Below the pieces are notes generated by a model. The model was given only the letters and a program-made list of their open reading frames with translations, was not told where the DNA came from and made no database searches. The position numbers and the translations under genes are program-made. Shown here piece after piece: positions 24,560-38,960 of a stretch of 64,000 nt of DNA (positions within the stretch are counted from its first letter, which is position 1; each line of letters opens with the position of its first letter). Source of the stretch: Gnetum montanum (lineage: Eukaryota > Plantae > Gnetophyta); assembly GCA_015680685.1 (NCBI GenBank), contig MNCI01003135.1, positions 248,001 to 312,000 on the forward strand, written 5' to 3'.

Positions 24560-27500
24560 TCAAAAAGTTGGGAATAAGTATTTAAAATAAACTTCCTATT
24601 TTCCCAAGACTATTGATCATAATTTAACCATTGAACAAGTACTTTGCTAATAGTTTTCTTTTGTAATTTCTTGGTTCATTGGTCTTTAATAGAAATGGGC
24701 TTTACTTCAAAGTTAGCATTGGATTGTAATGGCAAACTATTCCAATCCAATACATATGGTACATCATTTTCATGAAATTTCTTTAGCAAGTTGACATGAA
24801 AAACTAAATGAATTTTTAAGGTTTCTGGAAGATTCAATCAATATGCTACTTCGCCAATTATTTCAAATATTTCAAAAGGACCACAAAATCTAGGTGTTAA
24901 TTTATATATTTTCCCAATTTAAGAGAACTTCTAGTAGGTTTTACTCTCAATAATACTTGATCATCTACTTGGCATTCTTTTTTAAGTCGATGTTGATCTA
25001 CATATCCTTTATATTAATCTTGGGTAGCTTGTAATTTTTTTTAATCCTTGTGATAATGTTTTTCATTATTTTTATTTCTTCTTCCTTCCATTTCGTTGAT
25101 AAGGTTGGATCTACTCATATAAATGATGTATGAAAATTACATCTGTATACTAGTTCGAATGGTGTTTGATGTATGGAACCTTGATTATTGTTATTATTGG
25201 AAAATTCTGCCAAATGCAATTAATTCTTCTATGTTTTTGGTCTACTCCTGACATATCTTTGTAGGATATCTTCTAATATTCTATTCACTCATTTAGTTTG
25301 TCCATTAGTCTCAGGGTGATAAGCTATGCTAAATTTCAATTGAGTTTCAAGCTGTCTAAAGAAATTTTTCTAGAATTTGGATATTGACTTGGGATCTCTA
25401 TCTAAAGTGATAGATTTTGGACAACCATGTAATCAAAATATTTCTCGTACAAATTTTTGAGCTATTTCTTCTACTGTGTTTGTAGATTTCAAAGCTAGTA
25501 AATGTGCCATATTTGATAGATGATCAACTTCTATGAAAATCGAGTAGTTTTCTTTTTTGACTATTGGCAATCCCACAATGAAATCCATAGTGATATCTTC
25601 CCATTTCTAGGTTGGAACTTCCAAAGGTTGTAATAATCCACCAGGTTTCCTCTGTTTAGCTTTTATTATTTGACATGTTGGGCAATTTTTAATGTCTGCA
25701 CACACATCATTCTTCATTCTAAGCCAAAAATAACATTTGCGAATTATCATATAAGTCTTAATATAACTTGGGTATCCTATGTATGGTACTTCATGTACTT
25801 CACACAACAACCTTAGTCTCCAATTTCATTCTGGTATGCATACTCGTTGTCCTTTCACCAATAAACCATTAGAGGTTACTTGATATTGAGGCTCATTGAA
25901 AATATTGGTTAAAATATTTTTAAATTAAGGGTCTTCTTTTATTTATTCCTTAATTTCCTCTTCCATTGGGGATGTTGCTACACCTATCATTAAATTTCAC
26001 ATTCAACTAAGGGCATCAACTACCACATTTTTATTTTTAGGAACATACTTGATTTCAAAATCATACTATGCTAATAATTCTATCCATCATCTTTGAGGAG
26101 TATTCAAAATAGGTTTTCTTTCCAAATATTCTAAAATTTTGTGTGTTTTTGGTATAAACTTCTTTCTGCAAAGATAATGTCTCCAAACTTTCAAAGCATG
26201 AACAATTGTTAGTAATTCTAAATCATGGGTTAAGTAATTTACCTTGGCTTATTGTAATTTATGAAATTCATAACATACCATTTTATGTTCTTGTGAAAGA
26301 ACAACACCGATTCCTATTGCACAAGCATCTGTGGATACTTCAAATTGTGGATCTTCATCTTAAATTCTCAAAATAGGTGTTGTTGTAAGTAGCATCTTTA
26401 ATTTGAGAAAATATTTCCTTTATTTTTCATCAAATTTGAACTCAAATTTCTCTTTCAAAAGGTCATTCAATGTAGAATAATCTTTAATGAAATGTTGATA
26501 AAGACTAACTAACCCTAAGAAACTTCGAACTACTATAACATCATTTAATTCTAGTCAATCTTGTATCACACTAATGCTTGCTGGACTACTTGCAATCCTT
26601 TCTTGGAAACTATATGTCCTAAGTATGGAAATCCTTCTTTAAATATTTCACATTTACTCAATTTATCTTTTAATTAATGATCTTTAAGAATTTACACTGT
26701 AGTTTTCAAATGTTCAATATGCACTTCTCTTGATTTAGAATAAACAAGTATATCATCCATAAATACTATAATATATTGATCAAGATATTCACGAAAAATA
26801 TTATTTGTTAATGTCATAAATGTTGTAGGTGCATTAGTTAATCCAAATGGCATCATAACAAATTCATATAATCCATATATAGTTCTATAAGAAATTTTCT
26901 CAATATCTTTCTCCTTAATCCTTAGTTGGTGATAACTTGATTTTAAGTCAATCTTTGAGAAATAACATGCACCTATAAGTTGATCAAATGAATCATCAAT
27001 TCTAGGTAAAGGCTAAGTATTTTTAATCATCACTTTATTCAATGCTCTATAATCGATGCATAATCTTAGAGTACCATCTTTCTTTTTAATGAATAAAACT
27101 GGTGTAGCCCAAGGCAATACACTAAGTCTAATTTTTCCTTCTTCCAATAATTGGTCTAATTGTACTTTTAATTCTCTTAATTCCAAAGTAGAAAATTGAT
27201 AAAGAGCTTTTGAGATAGGTTGTGTACCAAGAAAAATATCAATGGCATGTTCACTAGTTCTTTTTAGAGATAGTTCTCTAGTTTCACCAAATACTAAATC
27301 TTTATATTCCTTAAGTTCATTTAGGATCTTAACACTTGAAAATTTCTGAGGTTGGGTTACTTTAACAACCAACATTGTAGCACCTTTTTTTGACTAATCT
27401 TTTGGCTTGCTTAATAGTTATCATATGTATTTTCTTTGCTATTGTTACTTCTCTTAGAACCTTAACTTCATCAGTGGCTAGGAATTTTAAAATATGAATT

Positions 27501-28900
27501 CCAAAGTGGGCACTAACATCCAATTTTTGTAGGAAAGACATTTCTAAAATTGCATCAACATCACCTAGTTTAAATTCAAGAAATTCATCAACAAAGGGCA
27601 TATTTTGCAAGGTAAAGTTAAATTTTCCATACTTGGTATGTTTGCTCATAGTTGTTCCATCTACTAGTTCTATCTTAATAATTTTCTTAGAAGGGAGACT
27701 TAATTTCAATAAATTAATTAACTTTGGAGAAATAAAGTTATCACTCACACCACTATTAATCAAAAACTTGTTTACCTTCAATTGAACCTTCAAAAATCAC
27801 TAAAGAAAATTGAAATTTTCACAAACCTAATTTAGTTGATGCAAATATCTTCTTGATAGCTATGGTAGTGGCTAAAATTTTCCCTTTGTTCATATTTGGG
27901 TTTGGTTTTTCATTTTTGATTTGGTTGGTACTTTCTATTTTTGCTCGAAATTTTGGACAATCTCATTTAAGATGATCCTCATCATAAAAGAAACATCCAG
28001 ATCCTGGTCAAGCTTTTTATGTTGGTGTCTCTTCTACCATTTCTTGTGAGAAAGTGCTTTATCAAAAAGTTTCTTATCCAAGGGTTACTCATATCTAATT
28101 TGATTCCTCATAATCCTTAGAAATTCTATATGCTTCACCAATAGTTTGGGGATTATGGATTCATGTTTGGGGACGTAATTGAGCATGTAGTCCTCTAATG
28201 AATTTTGAAGTTAATTATCCCTCATCCCTGTGATTTACATACCAAGAAAGATCACAAAATTCTTTGTAGTAATCATCTACGAATCATTTTCCCAACATTA
28301 ATAAATCAAATCTTATTTTATTCTCTTTGAGAAAAGAATTGGGAACAAATTTTTGTTCAAAATCTGGATAAAAATTAAGCCAATTTGTAATCAAACCTTG
28401 AAATCTTAGCCCATTCCACCATGTTGCTGCAAGTCCTCTTAAATACAAGGATATAACTTCTATATGTTTTTGGCTTGACAAATTCAACATATCAAAGTAG
28501 GTTTTCATTATATCAAGCCAATCTTCTGCCTTAGCATTGGATTTAGGGGCTTCATCATAATGATCTAAATTTACTTTCTTAGCATGAACTTGTGTCGATG
28601 ATTCTCTAGATGGATTAAGTTAGTTCCCATATCCTTCACCCTTAGTTTCAGTTCTATGGTCTACAAGATGGATTTTAGTATCCTATCCACTAATAGGTGG
28701 AGGCTGTGTTTTTTGTGGATTCCTAGTGGGAGTTTGATCTTGATGTTGTTCTCTAGGTAGACTGTGGGTGCGATTGGAAGGTTGAATAAGATGGTCAGTT
28801 AATTGCTTGATGGAGGTTGTAAAGGAATCCATCTTTCCTTGTACTTCGGACCATTTCTCCTCTAAATTTTGGGATAATTTCTTAATTTCTTTAGACATTT
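24560..28900 (-). pseudogene. Decayed chromovirus gag-pol with chromodomain
   Basis: Gag LRGLAATWW (28284-28508), protease LINSGVSDNFI (27362-27793), [28 protein letters not shown] (27013-27375), INT CPTCQ..K...KPGGLLQPL (25607-25810), chromodomain-like KVLVQWLNYDQ*SWE near 24600-24650. Confidence 0.9.
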
Positions 28901-29559
28901 TCTACATCTTTGTCCAAACCCTTGGTTTAAGTGTCAAAGTTCTTCCTGAACACCTATGATCTCATTAATTTTGTTTTCAAGGGCATTCATTTGATCCTTG
29001 GGCTTCCATTTATTTCCAATTTATTCTTTGGGTTCTAGAAATTAGTAAGTTGAAGAAATAAAGTATGTTGAGAATCCTTAGCCTCTATGGCCCTTTTATG
29101 GGATTCAAAATTATTTAGTTACTTGTGAAAAAAGTTGAAACTATTATGGATTTCTCACTGAGTATTGAATTCTAATTATTTTTGGAACATAAATTAATTA
29201 ATTAAAAGCTAATTTTCTATAATCCAACAACTAAATTTGACCATTCTATTGAGTCTAGAAGGTTCAAATTTTTTGGAATATGTTTTTTTGGTTGAAAAAG
29301 GACTCCAGATTCAGATGTTATAGCCATTTTAAGTTTTCTTAATTTTCATGTTTTTCGAGACTTCCATAATTCCAAATTAAATTTTTGTAAATAATTAGGT
29401 GCATATTTTATTTAAACTAACACTAACAAGTGCAAAAAATGTTTTTTGAAAAATTTCTATTAGTTGACAGGAATTTCAAAATTCCTATCAATTGTCAAAA
29501 AAAATTCAATTTTTCCATCAATTGATTGAAAACCCATTTCAAGGTCCATGTGGTGACCA

Positions 29560-29900
29560 AAAGGCAATGATGGATGGTGTGGAAGGTGGTGATGGACAAT
29601 GTGGGAGGTGGTGATGGACAATGTGGGAGGTAGTGATGGGCCATGTAGAAGTCGATGATGGACGATGCAGGAGGCATTGATGGGCAATGTAGAAAGTGAT
29701 GATGGATGGTGCAAGAGGTGGTGATGGCCGGTGTAGGAGGTAGTGTTGGATGATTTTTGAGGCAGTGATTGGTAGTTCAAGAGGTAATGATGGGTAGTGG
29801 AGAAGGCAGTGATGAGCAGTTCAGGTAGGCATGAGGTGCAGTGCGGTGTGGTGGATGGCATGGTGTGATGCATGGTGAGTGGCAAGGCTATGTGGTGCAA
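29560..29900. repeat. Degenerate ~21-bp GGT-rich tandem array in the chromovirus 5' region
   Basis: gaggtggtgatggacaatgtgg-like units repeated about 15 times. Confidence 0.75.
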
Positions 29901-30658
29901 ATGTAAGTTGCATGGGTAGCAGGACTGGTGTAGGAAAATTTTTAGGTAGCAAGACTAGTGCAAGGAAATTTGTCACATATTCAAGGCATGAGACAAGCGC
30001 AACCAGGCATTTGCAAACTATGCAGGAAGCACATTGCTAGGCTTGTGCAGGTGGCACAAGTAACAGAATGGATGGTGATAGTAGAGGTAAGAGGATGGTG
30101 GCAAAAAAGGAAAGTGGATGGTAGGCACAATTGTTTTTATTTGCCGTAATTTGGGGCTGGCCCTTAGGGCCAAATTTGTAGCTAGCTGCAAGCCAAAAAA
30201 AATTATATATATATATATATTTCAAATTAGTAATCAAGGCTTGGGTTTGAGCCTAAGACCCCTTGTTTGAAATTTTTTTTAATTATTTTTTTAAAATATC
30301 AATTTCATATTATGATTTTTTAATTTTAAATATTCAAACTACCTGTAACTAAAAAATGATCATATCTTCCAAACCATAAGTTAGATTTTGATGAAACTGG
30401 TACAATTGGAATTGTCTCAAAGAGTACTTCACGTTAAACCATAGATAAATCTACTTTAGTGAACTAAAAATCATTTTTTTAAAAAAAGTATATGTTAATT
30501 TTTATTAAATCTTTTGTTATCTTAAGTTATACTTCTCTTTGCTTTACTAGGATTTCTATAATTATATTATGAATATAAGAAGTATTTTGATTTACTTATC
30601 ACAACCAATAAAGGATTGTCAACAAAGAATATTGGAGATTTTCTATTATAAAGAATTC

Positions 30659-32870
30659 ATGGCTCCCAAATGTCAAGCTTCACCTTAGGCCCCTTCAAGT
30701 AGCAGCTCTTTATTGCCTAATAATATTTTTTATACAAAAATAATGTCCTTATTACTTCCGATCAAGTTCATAGCTGCTTGGAAAGGATGATTTTTAGTTC
30801 CTTACCACTTCTAGGTTGGCTAATTTACTGATTTTTCCAATTTTTAAACTATCCTATTGCAAGGATATTCTCTCAGAGTGGTTTGAGCAATATGATAATA
30901 AAAAAAGTACTATTTTTAATTAGTTTTTAGAGAGGTAACAATCCTTCCTCTTAATATTAAAGTAGTCTTAGGCTTTTACCAAGGAGAGGATTCATTGATT
31001 CCTTTAACTTATTCTCCACAATTTAAATCTATTTGTAAGACAAAATTATCCAATTATGTTATTGATTCCATCATTCATAAACACCAATTTGTTAATAAAT
31101 ATTTCATTGATGATATTCACTTTAACTTATGTCTATTCATTAGTAGCAAGGTTCCATGGTGTATATAGAAATCCAATGTTAGTTCTTATTCTATTTTCAT
31201 ACTTCATGGTGCCATAACTAGTAAGGTTTATGATTGGTCAATGTCTTGTTTCTCTGCTTTGTATAGTGCTATGATTGAAATTACTGTTGCCCAACAACAT
31301 CCTTCAAAATCCTATACTCTATGTTGTATACCTTTGATCATGTTTATGATCTTAAGTTATGATCATCCCAAGAAACATTTTACTTATTACAATCTTCGGT
31401 TGTGCCCTGAATTTCTTGAAGATGAAAAGGTTATAAGAAGTAAGATTATGGATGCCTAGAAAGGTTAACTGGCTTTACAACAAGCTCAGAGTCAAGAGAA
31501 AATCAGTGAGGTATTTTCATTTTTTTATTATTTTCTTATTTATTAATAATGTTTTTATTTTATGTATTTGATAGTGCAATATGGGCTATAGAATGAACCA
31601 ATGCAAAGTGTCAATGTTACATAGGTTGAAGAAATTTAAGGTACTTAAACCTTTAGTATGGTTCAATCGCAAGAATAGGTCACAGTTTCTGCTCCCAAGG
31701 CATATATTTAAATATAATTTACTAAGTTTAATGTCTTATCTATATTTTTATATTTTTTTTTATTTTTTTCTAATAAGTATATTTTGCAAAGGAAACGTAC
31801 TTGGCAAAGTTTTGATAGTCCATTAATTATAAGACAACCAAATCAATAATGGGTTCAACAACAATCCGAACCAACTCAACAAAGTTTAAGACGTGATAAG
31901 GGGAAGTAACCAGAGGTTGGTTAATTATTTAAAGGTTTGAATACTTTATTATTTATCTTGTATGATGTTAATACAATTTTTTTTTTTTGTTGTAGGGGTC
32001 TATGGAGTAACAATATTTTATCCAAGAGATGAATAGAAGTGATGCAAGTGCTACTTCTACACAAACTCCTATTCCATCATCACCTAGATTACCACTCATA
32101 TCTTCTTTTCCTCTGACACATGGAAGAGTTTCCCTTTTACAGGTAGCACCAACAACAATTTCTAAATCTATTCTAGTGGTTTCTTCTTTCTCTATCTCTA
32201 GTTCTTCTTATTCTATGGGAAAGATAGTGGTGGCTACTAAAGAAGAACTTGTTCTTCTTTAGTGTATTAATTAACAAATCTCTAACAACAAATCCTATTT
32301 TTTTTGTAAGCATGTCTATCATCTATAGGAGTTGCAATCATGAAATTTTAAGGTACATTATGATTTAGTATAGGCTAGAATTCCATCATCTTGGCATCCA
32401 ATTCCTAAGGATGCTCTAGATGTTGTAAAAAATCTGGAGCAACATGTTATGCTCACGGTTTATATACTCATGCATGTTTCCTTCAAAATAACAATAGCCA
32501 ATTTTATGTAATATATATATTTATATATTTTTTATTTTTTCTTATATTTTTTCTCTTTTTTCTCCTTTATGTTGATTTGTTCATAACTCATAATTTAAAT
32601 ATTGTTTCTATAGAGAAAGGAAAAGGCATGGCAAAGGGACCTAAATGATTGATCAATACAGATGGATATGTTGAAGACTCAACTTTAAAAATAAGAGAAA
32701 TTAGCAGTTACAACAAGACATGTAACCAAATTTATCAAACAATTATGTGATGGACTGGTTGGATGTAAAGTAATGCTTAGCAAAACATATGCTACTATTC
32801 AAGAGAGAGAATCTTAATCGAAGATAGTTATAAATCTTTTTGAATTATTCATTCATAACAAATAATTATA
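30659..32870 (+). pseudogene. Decayed spliced antisense accessory gene in the chromovirus 5' region (weakly plant-mobile-domain-like)
   Basis: ATG GCT CCC AAA at 30659. Remnant ILSEWFEQYDNKKST...VTILPLNIKVVLG. T-rich GT..AG segments, e.g. 31511-31574, and acceptors at ~31995 and ~32613. Confidence 0.4.
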
Positions 32871-33079
32871 GTTTCCTTTTCTTTATTTTTCCATTCTACT
32901 TCTTTCCCCTATTCTTCCTTTTCTATATCTTACTTAGATGTACTTCCTCTTCATCCCTCTTAACAACAAAATAATATTTTCCTCCATATTGTTATTTTGC
33001 CAAAATGTACTTGTGTTCTATGATAACAATAATAATAAAATAAGGTTTTTCTTCCACTTTGGTTCCTAAATCGTTGTTT

Positions 33080-33091
33080 GCTCTAATACGA
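33080..33091 (-). promoter_or_regulatory. Primer-binding site, tRNA-iMet type (decayed)
   Basis: Minus strand tcgtattagagc versus canonical TGGTATCAGAGC, adjacent to the 5' LTR. Confidence 0.7.
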
Positions 33092-33093
33092 AA

Positions 33094-33601
33094 TGTGACA
33101 TGCACCCTAGATGTTATAAAAATATGAATGCTTAATTTATTACATTCACTATTTTAATGGATAATATATTGAAAATATTATAAACACTTAAATAATGAAT
33201 TAATTGGAAAATAAATAATTGATACTAAATAATTAACCAAGGAAAAATAAAAAAATTATATTAATGGAAGAGAGTACTGTAATGCCATTTCGGGTTATCT
33301 TCCTATGCCACTTAAGCCTTAGAGGCAATCTGGATTGCCACCATGGCTAGGATATTTTTCAAAAGGGGTGATTAGTCTCTTTTTGTCTTACTTCACCCAG
33401 CACCTGTTACTTGCCTCTCCAAGCTCTGCAACTCCATGTCTAGAATGACCTCTAACCTCAGTCTTAAATGTTATAGATCAAACCTTTTCCCAAAGGATAC
33501 ATGAATAGTCATAACTCCTCATAACGAGGTGCCCTTTCATTAGAAGGTTAATTACATTATTTACAATTGTTTCTACTCTTAACAATGGATGGGACATTAT
33601 A
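33094..33601 (-). repeat. 5' LTR of the chromovirus
   Basis: Colinear with 23850-24360. Confidence 0.85.
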
Positions 33602-34218
33602 GTGTAACCTGCGTCTAGAGCTAGATCTCTAACTAGATGGTCTAGTCAATCTAGTGATGCCTTTAGGGATGCTACATTTGTGTCATAGGCTATGGGGTCT
33701 AGGCATTCAGTGTTGATGCATCATGTGGAATCACCATAAGGTTTGGTCAAGACTAGGGGTGAATGAAGATGCTTGTATGTGCTCATGTTGTAATCCTGCC
33801 AAGAATCCTACAAAACTACCAGAAGAATGTCAAGTTGTACCTATCTTAATAAAGTAGAATGCATAAGATAAGGAAGGCAATGCTATAAACATTTACCTAA
33901 TTGTGAAACTATGGGATTAGGTAAGAAAATGTGGGAACCAATTTTGGGCCTTGGTAGACCATAGGATTATCATTTTAAGGTCATAGTGGACCATGGCTTG
34001 CATAAGACATATTGATTTAAGCTAGGTAGGAAAGGTTTAGAATATGGAATTAAGCTGGGCATTTGCTAGGAAACCAAAAATTGCAAAACATTTTCTAAGT
34101 CTGGGAACACAAAAAAAGTTAGAAAATTTTTCTAACTCTAGTTGCTATGCTCATCCTACATTATGCATGCGACATGGGATGTTGCCTAAGTAGTTGTCAT
34201 GTCAATCACACTAGGGGA

Positions 34219-37200
34219 TATAAATAGGCATTTTCACCATGATCAACCTATCATTTTCAAAATTAAAAATGAAAAGTCATCGAGCATAGCACAACTAGAG
34301 CAAGGAGAGTTAGAGCATAGCAACAGAAGTGGAGAGAACTAGAGTATAGCCATTGATCATGAAACATCGTAGTGAATGCCAACACCCTAATGTTGCCAAC
34401 ATGGATGAGGAAGATCTCATGTTAAGATGCCTTCCCAAGGCATTCATAGAGGAGTAGAGGGAGAAACTGTCAGCTAGGTACAATGTTACACTCTACCCTT
34501 ATGATTTTTGTTCCTTTTTACATTATTCATATGAAGTTTTTGGTTTTAGGGGCAACCTTCCCTAGGCAGGGACCACCACCACCACCATGGTTGCCATGGT
34601 GCACATGTCTAAGAGAAGGAAATGTGTGTGTGTAACAGGTTTTGTGGGTTTCTCATTTTTTGGGTCACATGTAGCAAGGGTTTTTACTATTCTAGGGTTT
34701 TCTATGCATGTCAAGGGATAAGGATTTCTTGCATACCACATGGAATGTGGGGTAGGACTGAAATGTTTTTTTTTTTCTTTTAGTAATAGCTGAGATGGTT
34801 GGGGCTTAGGACAAGGAAGGAGGGACAATAGTCAATTTAGGGTTCAAGGATTTACCTCTACTTCCAATGGGTATGTGGGTGAGCATAACACATGGGTGAG
34901 GTATCATAAGAGGTAAGGACATGTGGAAAGACCACAAGGTGTGAGAACATAGAGCATGATGAAGAGGATTAAGTGGGGTCGAGCACCAAAGTGCAACAGA
35001 GTGGGCAAGGTGACTCTGCAAGGAGCATAACTAGCAGTTAGAAAGATTTTCTACCAAAACCTACATGGGCTACATTCTAAGAGAACACAGCTAATAGTTA
35101 GAATATTTTTATATCCATTGGCTACACTACCTAGAGTTTCCGAGTATGAAAAATGCAAATGTAAAATGAGGATGTTAGTGATGTGCCCCATTGAGCACTA
35201 GGTGCATTAGATGGGTGTACTATTGTCCCTTTCTAGTGGGCTTCATGGGGTTGGTTAAGAGTTGCCTAGTCATGCTATTTAACTTCTACTAATGTGCTAA
35301 TCATAATTTTAATGCATTTTTTATGTGCATCCAATGTTAATGCTCCCCTTTTGTTGTTGTTGTGGATACAAGGTATTATTGAAGTCGATCTTCATTATGG
35401 TGGAGATAGTGGGTATCCTCTATTGTATGAGCAAACCTGTACTAAATGCACCTACCTCAGACATGTGCATGGGTTACTAGGTGATGTGGTTTAGATTAGG
35501 AGAACGTGAGTTCCTAGAATTCTTGCTCCGACACTTCAGTGTAATGATGTGGTCACACTTGACAATGGAAGTAGCTATTGTCATCACAGAAACATTGTTG
35601 TTTGGGGAAAATTGGGGCATTCTAAGATTCATGTCATAAGAGCCCACTACTAGTGATGGAGTAGGGAGTTCAATTCAAGGACCTAGGGACATGAGGCCTT
35701 TATCTAAGATTTGGCAAATGCTAGAGTTCCAGTGCTATAGTAAGAGCAACGCCTTGTTTGTTGCTCATTGTACACTTACCCTATTTCAAAATCCACTAGG
35801 GATAATGTATTGTCTCGAAGGGTGAGTTATTCCATGATTTCTTGTAGTATCTATTTAACTATAACTCATATGAGGATGCTAACTACTTATGTTTATTGTT
35901 AGATTTACTATTGATGCAGTTTGCCTTCATGATGAGGAAGGAGCCTTAAACTTGACCCACACTACCTTGTGGGAATTCTCATCCTTTGAGAATGTTTGTG
36001 TGGTGATGATTCAATATATTCAGTCTAACCTATTAGAATACCCTCGTCAATACCCTAAGGCCTATGAGAGGTATTAGACTTATGGCTGGATAGATGCTGA
36101 ATAGGTGACTGGTATACCGAGCATGGAGGAAGTCTCAATCTTACCATTACCATCTAGCACATTGTTCATGCCACATAAGTAGTTCATCTTTTCACTCTTA
36201 TTCATTTTCCACTTTGCTTTCCTCATGATGCAAACTTTTCTTTTGCCTATTGCAGCTATAGTCACTTTGAGAGAGGTTACAATGGTTGTGACAGGCCACA
36301 TTGAGGCCACCCTCATCATGAAGTATGGTGATGTTGAGGGTATGCAGTGTTGGCTGTTCTATGAGGCCCTAATAGAGTTGACTAGCAAGCTTCAATGAAC
36401 TAGGCTACTAGACCTTTTCTTGGCCTTTATCCTAGACATCCCGATGGCCGAAATGGTCGCAATCATTGACTTTTTTAGTGATAGTGCCAATCATTTTATT
36501 ACATGGGCCCGTGGTGTGCAAGTTGTTTTTGACCTTATAGATGATTTCTTTATGGACCTTTTCGGCCTCTCCTTTGATGGCCTATTAGTTGCTAAGAAAC
36601 TAGATAAAGAGGTGGACCATAAAGAGGATGCTGAGGAGTGCCTAGGCACTCGTAAGTCCTGCAAAGGCATATTCATCAAGGATGTGAGATTTCCTATGGT
36701 CCACCAACTCTACCCAATCTTTCATGCCTATGCATTCATAAAGCTACTCTCTCAAGTGAAAATTCTCAAGGTGGAGTAGGCTTGGACAATGAGGAACATG
36801 TTATAGGAAGGTATGTGGTACAACTAGGATTCCTACCTTGCCAACGGCCTACGTGCTAAAATCATTAGGTTGTACCACAACCTCTACGCGAGGTTATAGG
36901 TGCACTTTTCATTCTTTGCAGGATGCCTACAAAGGTTCACAATGTTCTTGGTGGTTTGGGAGGATGGGTGATGGGTGATTTAGGACTATAAGAAACTCTC
37001 TAGGCTATGGATTTGACACTTGTTCACTACCACATGATCGTAAGACCTGCCTCGTAGAGGTGATTGGTAAGTCATTTTCTGTAATGACTAGAGGCCACTT
37101 GGGATGATCTCACCACTTTCATGATAGTACAAGTGAGGCCCAACCAACTAACATCGGGAACATAGCTAAAGGGGTGCACCTAATTGTTGAGGCAGTGGGA

Positions 37201-38960
37201 TCATCTAAGACAAAAATTAAAAGGCCACATTTCACAGAGGAGCTTGTACATGAAATGGAGGAGAGTGGCAAGAAGATTTTCTTAAGGTTTTGTGATTTTC
37301 ATTCAATAATTACAAGCGAGTATAAGTCTTTAGATGCCACAATACTATGCAATGCTAAGTTACTATACTAATCATTGGAAATGCTAATCCTAACCTATAT
37401 GAATTGTCAGATGTAGGCAAGAGGGCTTCCATAGCAACAATAGAGCCTGTAGCAGAGGATGTACCTCCTCAAACTAAGGGAAAAGTATTGAAGAAAGAGG
37501 AGCAAGAGGCCATAGAGGTCCTACAACAATTAAAAGAGGAAGGGTTGTTGTAGCTAGAGGAGGATAAGTTTAATAATTTCTTTGATGGCATGAATATGTG
37601 CGATGCCCTTGCTCTCACATTTCAAGGCTTGTTGTGTATGAGCTTTGCACTACCATTTTTTGTTTCTCTTTTTAACTTTTGCATCTTTGGCTATTTGATA
37701 ACTAATAAATGTGTTGTATCATAGCCGTAGGTGTTTCCACTGATAGTCCAGTGTCTACCTCCACTTTCTGCATGCAGCCATGCATACAAGTGCCTAATAA
37801 GTTTTGCTTCATGAAAGGCTTAGTTGAAGACATGGTGGACCGCATACAACAAACAAATCCTAAGATAAGTATGTCTATGTTTCCCTAATTTTCCTTACCA
37901 ATTTGCTACTTAGTCTATGGCTAATGTTGTTTTGCCTATTGTATGCTAATAGGTTTCAAGCTTTGGTGGAACCCAAGCAGGGTGGCTAGAGTTGATGTCT
38001 TCACTGAGTTTCCACCTAAAGTGGACCAAGTGTCCTATCATGTCTACGATGAGGCAAGTAGGTGCACATTCTCATGTGCGAGAGCATTATGGGAATCTAG
38101 TTACACTAACAAGCATCTATAGAAGCAGGTGCACGAGCTCTAGGACAAGGGAGCAAGCCAAGATGCCAAATTGGAGGACTTGTATGTTTTGCTATGATTT
38201 CCTAGTAGCTCATGACCAAGGGGATGATACCTGGTGAATAGTCAATATTGACTATGCTAGGTATTGGTTAGCCATTAATGATAAAAAAAAAAGTCATCCA
38301 AGAGGTGATTAAGTAATGGCTACAGATGGACCTGCTAGCTAGGAAAAACCAAGACTGGAAGGATTACCACATAGAGTTGTACCAATGGGGTCAAACTTAG
38401 AAATAATCATAAACACCACTACAAATAGGAATAAGAGGTGTACATTAAAAGGTACAAGGATGAGTCTATGCAGCATCATTTTTGTGACATGTTTTCTAGC
38501 AATTGGTAAAACACAGACCTATGAATTATTTGCTAGCAATGTAGTGGTAAGTGGAACCCCTGAGAGACACATTGCTACAGCTCTTGAAGAGGTTTCCTTT
38601 GCCATGTTGTTGCCAGGGCCACCCACATGAATAGCTATGGAAAAATAAAATACCCTTATGGGCATTAACTTCAGCGAGGAAGACTAGACATAGCTATTGA
38701 AGGTGAATATCCTCCAATGCTTGGAGGCCAACCTCAATAGAATGCCTCTAGATATGGATGTGGGCCTCTCACAGGTTGGTTTAGTTTGAATTATTTATAT
38801 TTATTTTGTGATAATTTTAAAGGTCACTTATTTGTTAGCTAATTTATTATTTTGTTTTACTTAAAGAAGGTTCTAGGTGATGGCATAGGTCCCAGCAAAG
38901 TAGCAAAGGAAGAGGAAGAGGAACGAATCCCAACCACCACCAAACACCACTAGCTAAGTG
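34219..38960 (+). pseudogene. Decayed multi-intron gene, antisense to and located between protease and RT of the Tat element
   Basis: TATAAATA at 34219. Canonical plus-strand introns include 34478-34549, 35822-35919 (GTGAGT..TGCAG) and 38775-~38866. Core exon contains ORF 36420-36779 (FMDLFGLSFDGLLV) followed by YN*DSYLANGL. Confidence 0.55.

Larger units (their letters stand above)
23850..33601 (-). mobile_element. Chromovirus-type Ty3/gypsy element nested in the Tat pol
   Basis: ~510-bp LTRs at 23850-24360 and 33094-33601, iMet-type PBS, PPT ttaaaggaggtagat, gag/PR/RT/RH/INT plus chromodomain remnant. The TSD is decayed (atgtc/gtgta), but removing the element and one 5-bp copy restores the host reading frame. 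Confidence 0.85.

Noticed and set aside
29460-29900. 146-aa His/Pro-rich ORF
   Set aside because: It is explained by translation of the 21-bp GGT-rich tandem array; no independent coding evidence.
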